Positions 15,517-19,724 of a stretch of DNA of 19,724 nucleotides are shown one piece after another. The stretch is from assembly GCF_029504745.1 (NCBI RefSeq), contig NZ_JAQFIQ010000042.1, forward strand, positions 1 through 19,724. The letters are read 5' to 3'. The DNA is from Breznakia sp. PF5-3 (GTDB lineage Bacteria; Bacillota_I; Bacilli_A; Erysipelotrichales; Erysipelotrichaceae). Positions within the stretch are counted from its first letter, which is position 1. Each line of letters begins with the position of its first letter. A model generated the notes under the pieces. That model worked only from the letters and a program-made list of their open reading frames with translations, was not told the DNA's origin and ran no database searches. The position numbers and the translations under genes are program-made.

Positions 15517-16869
15517 ATGGAAAATAAAGAAATTACATTAGAGTTATTAAAAGAACTCATCAGAAATAAAAATGTGACGGAGTTACGTCGACTTTTTAGT
15601 GAATATAATATTGTTGATATGAGTGAATTGGTAGAAGAGTTAACGACTCAAGAAACATTATTTATATTTAAAACATTGAAAAAAAATGTTACAAGTGAAA
15701 TATTTTCCTATCTTCCCTATGATAAACAAGAAACTTTGATTGAAGTATTTACAGGTCCTGAAATTCAGGCGATGCTTGATAATTTATATAGTGATGATAT
15801 TGTTGATTTCATGGAAGAAATGCCAGCGAATATTGTAAAGCGAATTCTTCAAAATGTGAAGCCAGCGAGAAGAGCAGAAATTAATAAATTATTAAACTAT
15901 GCAGAAGATTCTTGTGGTTCTATCATGAATACAAATTATATTACCTTAAAGCGTAATGAAACTGTTGCACAATCAATTATTCGTTTAAAACAATTAAAAA
16001 ATATTGACCGTGCTTTGGGATATGCATATATTACTGATAATAAAAGAGAGCTGATTGGATCCATGTCTTTAAAACGTTTGCTCTATGAGAATGAAGAAGC
16101 GAAAATAGATGACATCATGGATACGGATATAGTTTATGTACATACCAATGATGATCAAGAAAAAGCAGCACAGTTGATTCAAAAGTATGATATATCTACA
16201 ATTGCAGTTGTAAATGATGAAGGTAAGATTGCAGGGGCAATTACATATGATGATATTATTGATGTTATTCAAGAAGAGGCAACGGAAGATATTCATAAAA
16301 TGAGTGCGATAACACCAACGGATAAGCCATACTTGGAAACAGGGGTATTATCAATGTATAAACATCGTATCGTATGGTTATTGGTGCTGATGATAGGTGC
16401 AACCTTTACGGGAAATGTTCTTTTGATTTTTGAAGATCGCTTGCAAGGTATTGCATATCTATCAGTATTTATACCGATGTTGATGGATGCAGCAGGAAAT
16501 GCTGGAAATCAAGCAAGCACGATGATTACTCGTGCATTAGCATTGGGTGAATTAAAGATTAGTGATATCTTTAAAGTATGGTTTAAAGAGTTTAGGGTTG
16601 CGATTTTATGTGGAATAACTATGGGAATTGTGAACTTCTTCAGGGTTCTTGTTTTCATGGGTATGGTTGATGTACAGACGTCAATGGTAGTTTCTGTTGC
16701 TGTTATGTGTACAGTTATGGTTGCGAAACTTATTGGATGTACATTACCGATGATTGCTGTGAAGCTAGGCTTTGATCCTGCGGTGATGGCTGGACCATTA
16801 ATTACAACGATTGTGGATGTTGTAGCATTGCTTATTTACTTAGGGTTAGCTAGTTTCTTCTTATTATAA
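15517..16869 (+). CDS. mgtE: Magnesium transporter MgtE
   Basis: GGGAGG ribosome-binding site. It has the MgtE N-domain, a tandem CBS region and a transmembrane domain with PMLMDAAGNAGNQAS and DPAVMAGPLITTIVDV. Length is 450 aa. Confidence 0.95.
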   Translation: MENKEITLELLKELIRNKNVTELRRLFSEYNIVDMSELVEELTTQETLFIFKTLKKNVTSEIFSYLPYDKQETLIEVFTGPEIQAMLDNLYSDDIVDFMEEMPANIVKRILQNVKPARRAEINKLLNYAEDSCGSIMNTNYITLKRNETVAQSIIRLKQLKNIDRALGYAYITDNKRELIGSMSLKRLLYENEEAKIDDIMDTDIVYVHTNDDQEKAAQLIQKYDISTIAVVNDEGKIAGAITYDDIIDVIQEEATEDIHKMSAITPTDKPYLETGVLSMYKHRIVWLLVLMIGATFTGNVLLIFEDRLQGIAYLSVFIPMLMDAAGNAGNQASTMITRALALGELKISDIFKVWFKEFRVAILCGITMGIVNFFRVLVFMGMVDVQTSMVVSVAVMCTVMVAKLIGCTLPMIAVKLGFDPAVMAGPLITTIVDVVALLIYLGLASFFLL

Positions 16870-16882
16870 GGGAGGTCTTAAT

Positions 16883-18325
16883 ATGATAAAGGATGAAAAT
16901 TTAAAACTATCAATATTAGCGACAATTGGGAAAGGTGAGCAAGATGAAATAACACTGGAAGATTTAAAGTCTTTGGAAGTGTTATCTTGCCGAAGCAGAG
17001 AAATTTATGAATTGGATGGATTGGAAAAGTGTCACAATTTAAAAGTTTTGGATCTATCTTCAAATAGTATTGAAAAAATTGATCCTATTCGTAATTTGCA
17101 TCATATTGAACGTTTGGATTTATCCAAAAATGCACTACGAAGTATTGCACCAATAAAAGATTTTGAAAATTTAAAGAAATTAAATTTATCTCATAATGAA
17201 GTGTTTCCTTTAAATCTTAAATATTTAAAAGATTTGGATAGTTTGGAAGAGTTGAATATTAACCGAACGTATATTTCACATATAGATAAATTAGTAAAAC
17301 TAGAAAAGTTGAAAGTTCTTCATGGTGGGGTGCGTACAGAGGGATTTGATTTAAGTGTTTTTGAAGATTTAATAAATTTAGAAGAGTTACATTTACCAAA
17401 ACTTTGGTTATATGATATTTCTGTAATTAAGAATCTTAAAAATCTTAGAGTATTGGATTTATCAGGAAATTTATTTAGTGACACTACAGTATTAAATAAT
17501 TTCACGAAATTAGAGAAATTGGATTTGTCAAATAATCCATATATGCATGATTTAGATTTTTTGATACATTTACCAAAATTAAGAGTATTAAATTTATCTT
17601 ATTGTAAGATTTCAGATATTAGTTTAGTAGCAAATTTACATGAACTAGAGGATTTGCGTTTATTATATTGTGGAGTTCAAGATTTTTCACCTTTACAGAT
17701 GAAAACCAAAATGCGTAAATTGGATTTGGGATGTAATAAGATTACGGATCCATATTTCTTGCAAAATATGAAAGAATTGACATACTTAAAGTTAGATCGT
17801 ACACAATTGCGAAATGTTGATTTTATTGCTAATTTTAAACACTTGGAAGAGTGTAACTTGCATAATAATATGATAGCGGATATTACAGCTCTCAATGCTT
17901 GTCATGAGCTTGTAGTGCTAGATTTAAGCAACAATAAGATACATGATATACATTCTTTATCATCACTTACAAACTTGCATAGTCTAATTCTAGCAAACAA
18001 TCAGATTATTGATATAACACCACTATGTAATATGACAAACTTAAATACTTTGGATTTATATAATAATATCATTACAGATATTTCATCATTATCAAAGTTA
18101 GTGAATTTAACTTATTTAAGATTAGATCATAATGGTGTAAATGATTTAGAACCATTATCTAAGTTAACTCATTTAAAAGGTTTAACATTAAAAGCAAACT
18201 ATATTATTGAATTGGATCCAATTCTTAATATGAAAGACCTACATGAATTGCGTCTTGATGATAATCCAATTGCGGATATTAGTTTATTAGAGAAAATGAA
18301 ATATTATGATAAATTTACATACTAG
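16883..18325 (+). CDS. Leucine-rich repeat protein (internalin-type 22-residue LRRs) with no recognisable signal peptide, anchor or enzymatic domain
   Basis: GGGAGG ribosome-binding site. About 20 consecutive units fit L..L..L.L..N.I.DI..L (for example LTNLHSLILANNQIIDITPLCN, MTNLNTLDLYNNIITDISSLSK, LVNLTYLRLDHNGVNDLEPLSK). They run from about aa 28 to 471 of 480. The N-terminus MIKDENLKLSILATIGKGEQDE is not hydrophobic. There is no LPXTG motif and no C-terminal transmembrane helix. Confidence 0.85.
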   Translation: MIKDENLKLSILATIGKGEQDEITLEDLKSLEVLSCRSREIYELDGLEKCHNLKVLDLSSNSIEKIDPIRNLHHIERLDLSKNALRSIAPIKDFENLKKLNLSHNEVFPLNLKYLKDLDSLEELNINRTYISHIDKLVKLEKLKVLHGGVRTEGFDLSVFEDLINLEELHLPKLWLYDISVIKNLKNLRVLDLSGNLFSDTTVLNNFTKLEKLDLSNNPYMHDLDFLIHLPKLRVLNLSYCKISDISLVANLHELEDLRLLYCGVQDFSPLQMKTKMRKLDLGCNKITDPYFLQNMKELTYLKLDRTQLRNVDFIANFKHLEECNLHNNMIADITALNACHELVVLDLSNNKIHDIHSLSSLTNLHSLILANNQIIDITPLCNMTNLNTLDLYNNIITDISSLSKLVNLTYLRLDHNGVNDLEPLSKLTHLKGLTLKANYIIELDPILNMKDLHELRLDDNPIADISLLEKMKYYDKFTY

Positions 18326-18335
18326 GGGGAATACG

Positions 18336-18992
18336 ATGATTAAAGCAGTAATTTTTGATATGGATGGGGTAATTGTGGATACTGAGCATTACTATATGGA
18401 TGTAATGCGTAAATATTTAGATGAAGTAGAAGCTGATTATACAGAAGAATTGTTGATTTCATTTGTTGGATCTAGTGATCCAATAATTACTAGGCAATTA
18501 GATGAAATTTTACAACCCAAATTAAGTGGAAAAGAATTTGTGAAAAGAGTAGTAGAGGATTCGAAGAAAAATCCAGTTCCATACAAAGAATTAAAAATGC
18601 CTGGATTGTATGAAACATTAACCCATTTTAAAAGTAGAGGATATAAAATAGGATTAGCATCTTCTAGTCCACGTAAGAACATTGAAACCGTATTACATGA
18701 TTTAGAGATTACAACGTTCTTTGATACAACATCAAGTGGACATGAGTATCAAGAGAGTAAACCAAATCCAGAAATTTATCTAGATACTTTAAAGAAGTTA
18801 GATGTTCAACCAGAAGAATGTTTAGTGATAGAGGACTCTGAACTTGGCATTGCTGCTGCAAAGGCAGCAGGGATTTATGTTGCAGCTATTCGTGATCAAC
18901 ATTATGGAATGCAACAAGACCATGCAGATATCATTATTGAGGGATTACCAGATTCAATTGATGTAATTTCGAATTTAGAGAGGAGCAATTAA
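18336..18992 (+). CDS. HAD-IA family hydrolase (beta-phosphoglucomutase/sugar-phosphatase-like)
   Basis: I chose the ATG at 18336 (MIKAVIFDMDGVIVDTE, the DxDG motif I), which has a GGGGG ribosome-binding site. Other motifs are LASSS, KPNPEIY and IEDSELGIAAAKAAG. Confidence 0.85.
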   Translation: MIKAVIFDMDGVIVDTEHYYMDVMRKYLDEVEADYTEELLISFVGSSDPIITRQLDEILQPKLSGKEFVKRVVEDSKKNPVPYKELKMPGLYETLTHFKSRGYKIGLASSSPRKNIETVLHDLEITTFFDTTSSGHEYQESKPNPEIYLDTLKKLDVQPEECLVIEDSELGIAAAKAAGIYVAAIRDQHYGMQQDHADIIIEGLPDSIDVISNLERSN

Positions 18993-18993
18993 T

Positions 18994-19185
18994 ATGAAAC
19001 ATATTATTATTGTCAATGATATGAATTGTGAGAAGTGTGTAGAAAAAATATCAGAAGCATTAAGTGAAGAAGGAATTGCGTTTGATATTAATTTAGAACA
19101 GAAAGCAGTAAGTATTTATGAACGTGGGGATGCGGTTCGTAAAGCTAGTATGATTATTAGTGAATTAGGCTACCATATTGCATAA
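18994..19185 (+). CDS. Small heavy-metal-associated (HMA) domain protein, CopZ-like
   Basis: 63 aa. It starts 1 nt after the HAD stop and has a GAGGAG ribosome-binding site. The MNCEKC motif (M-x-C-x-x-C) sits near the N-terminus, in a length that fits a ferredoxin-like beta-alpha-beta-beta-alpha-beta fold. Confidence 0.65.
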   Translation: MKHIIIVNDMNCEKCVEKISEALSEEGIAFDINLEQKAVSIYERGDAVRKASMIISELGYHIA

Positions 19186-19199
19186 TTATAAGAAAAAAT

Positions 19200-19247
19200 A
19201 AGATTAGTAAAATCATTGTAGAGTGAATTTATTAATCTTTTTATTTT
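19200..19247 (+). terminator. Rho-independent terminator ending the regulator-kinase-mgtE-LRR-HAD-HMA unit
   Basis: A 40-nt hairpin at 19200-19239 pairs 18 positions (two G-U, one A/A mismatch) around a GTAG loop. TTTATTTT follows. Confidence 0.55.
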
Positions 19248-19317
19248 GTGAATATAATGAAGATTATTTATTTCTTATTTTTGTGTTTATAATAAACTCT
19301 GGAATCATATTTTGTGC

Positions 19318-19346
19318 TTGTCAAAAGTGTCTTACCATGGTATTAT
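19318..19346 (+). promoter_or_regulatory. Candidate sigma-A promoter for the tRNA-Ser/tRNA-Gly unit
   Basis: -35 TTGTCA (19318-19323), 17-nt spacer, extended -10 TGgTATTAT (19338-19346). It lies about 22 nt upstream of the tRNA-Ser 5' end. Confidence 0.5.
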
Positions 19347-19368
19347 TATATGGCGATATGCACGGTAT

Positions 19369-19459
19369 GGAGTAGTACTCAAGAGGCTGAAGAGGTGCCC
19401 CTGCTAAGGGTATAGGTCGGGTAACTGGCGCGAGAGTTCAAATCTCTCCTACTCCGCCA
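19369..19459 (+). tRNA. tRNA-Ser (anticodon GCU), type II with long variable arm, CCA encoded
   Basis: Hand-folded. The acceptor stem is GGAGTAG/CTACTCC and the D stem is CTC/GAG. The anticodon stem TGCCC/GGGTA carries the loop CTGCTAA. The variable arm is 5 bp with a GTAA loop. The T arm is GAGAG-TTCAAAT-CTCTC. The discriminator is G, then CCA. Total 91 nt. Confidence 0.9.
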
Positions 19460-19473
19460 TTTTTAAAATATAA

Positions 19474-19547
19474 GCGAGCGTAGTTTAATGGTAGAACACG
19501 ACCTTGCCAAGGTCGATACGGGAGTTCGATTCTCCTCGCTCGCTCCA
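19474..19547 (+). tRNA. tRNA-Gly (anticodon GCC), CCA encoded
   Basis: Hand-folded. The acceptor stem is GCGAGCG/CGCTCGC and the D arm is GTTT-AATGGTA-GAAC. The anticodon stem CGACC/GGTCG carries the loop TTGCCAA. The T arm is GGGAG-TTCGATT-CTCCT. The discriminator is T, then CCA. Total 74 nt. Confidence 0.92.
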
Positions 19548-19606
19548 ATTCGAATTAAGTCGAACTTTTAATTTTTAAAATAGGTGATACTTTCAAAGAA
19601 AGACAA

Positions 19607-19636
19607 CCCACTGGTATTTAACCAGTGGGTTTTTTT
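19607..19636 (+). terminator. Rho-independent terminator of the tRNA unit, and the likely recognition hairpin for the adjacent intron
   Basis: CCCACTGGT (19607-19615) pairs perfectly with ACCAGTGGG (19621-19629) around an ATTTA loop. A T7 run follows (19630-19636). Confidence 0.85.
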
Positions 19637-19637
19637 G

Positions 19638-19724
19638 GTGTGCTAGGCATGGCATATATCTAGTGGTGAAAGTCCACTGTGGGGGGTGTAGTCGCTAACC
19701 CGTAGCCGAAGACAAGGGTGTCCA
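19638..19724 (+). mobile_element. Group II intron (class C-like), 5' end with the start of domain I, truncated by the window edge
   Basis: It begins GUGUG, matching the GUGYG 5' consensus. GUGUGCUAGGCAUGG...GGUGAAAGUCC...CAAGGGUGUCCA parallels my memory of the O. iheyensis IIC intron 5' region (GUGUGCCCGGCAUGG...GGUGAGAGUCC...CAAGGGUGUCC). It starts one nt after a terminator T-run, the typical class C insertion context. Confidence 0.75.

Noticed and set aside
16964-18295. A periodicity of about 66 nt that could suggest a tandem DNA repeat or CRISPR-like array.
   Set aside because: The periodicity is at the protein level (22-residue LRR units). The nucleotide units are divergent, there are no spacer/repeat alternations, and the region is one continuous ORF.
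19660-19724. The GGTGAAAGTCC...GGGTGTCC motif first looked like an RNase P RNA P4 element or a cobalamin-riboswitch core.
   Set aside because: The context fits group II intron domain I much better: a GUGUG start at 19638, GGCAUGG, and a terminator immediately upstream. Other RNase P or B12-box elements are absent in the visible part.

Overview
This is a visibly AT-rich, Bacillota-type chromosomal segment. All supported genes except one are on the + strand, and most are housekeeping. No database search was possible, so product calls rest on recognised motifs and on remembered sequences of well-studied RNAs.

Gene order, left to right:
- the 3' end (domains V and VI) of a class C group II intron
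- a prenyltransferase/terpene-cyclase-like repeat protein
- a bactofilin
- a DUF1801 protein
- the glmS ribozyme followed by glmS
- a YiiX-like permuted papain-fold hydrolase, the only gene on the minus strand
- a PadR regulator with its partner membrane protein
- a DUF1461/Lit-like membrane protein
- ilvE and maf, whose stop and start overlap
- a Cof-type HAD phosphatase
- the conserved c-di-AMP module cdaA-cdaR-glmM
- a tightly packed six-gene unit: OmpR-type response regulator, histidine kinase, mgtE, an LRR-only protein, a HAD-IA hydrolase and a small HMA/CopZ-like protein
- a tRNA-Ser(GCU)/tRNA-Gly(GCC) unit with its own promoter and terminator
- the 5' end of a second group II intron copy, starting directly after that terminator

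I see no CRISPR array, prophage, defence island or toxin-antitoxin pair.

The items most worth a second look are:
- the two same-orientation class C intron ends that bound the window
- mgtE with no room for an M-box, embedded in a two-component operon whose kinase has an acidic cluster next to the membrane
- the anchorless, signal-less protein of about 20 leucine-rich repeats in that operon
- a long charged C-terminal tail on CdaA
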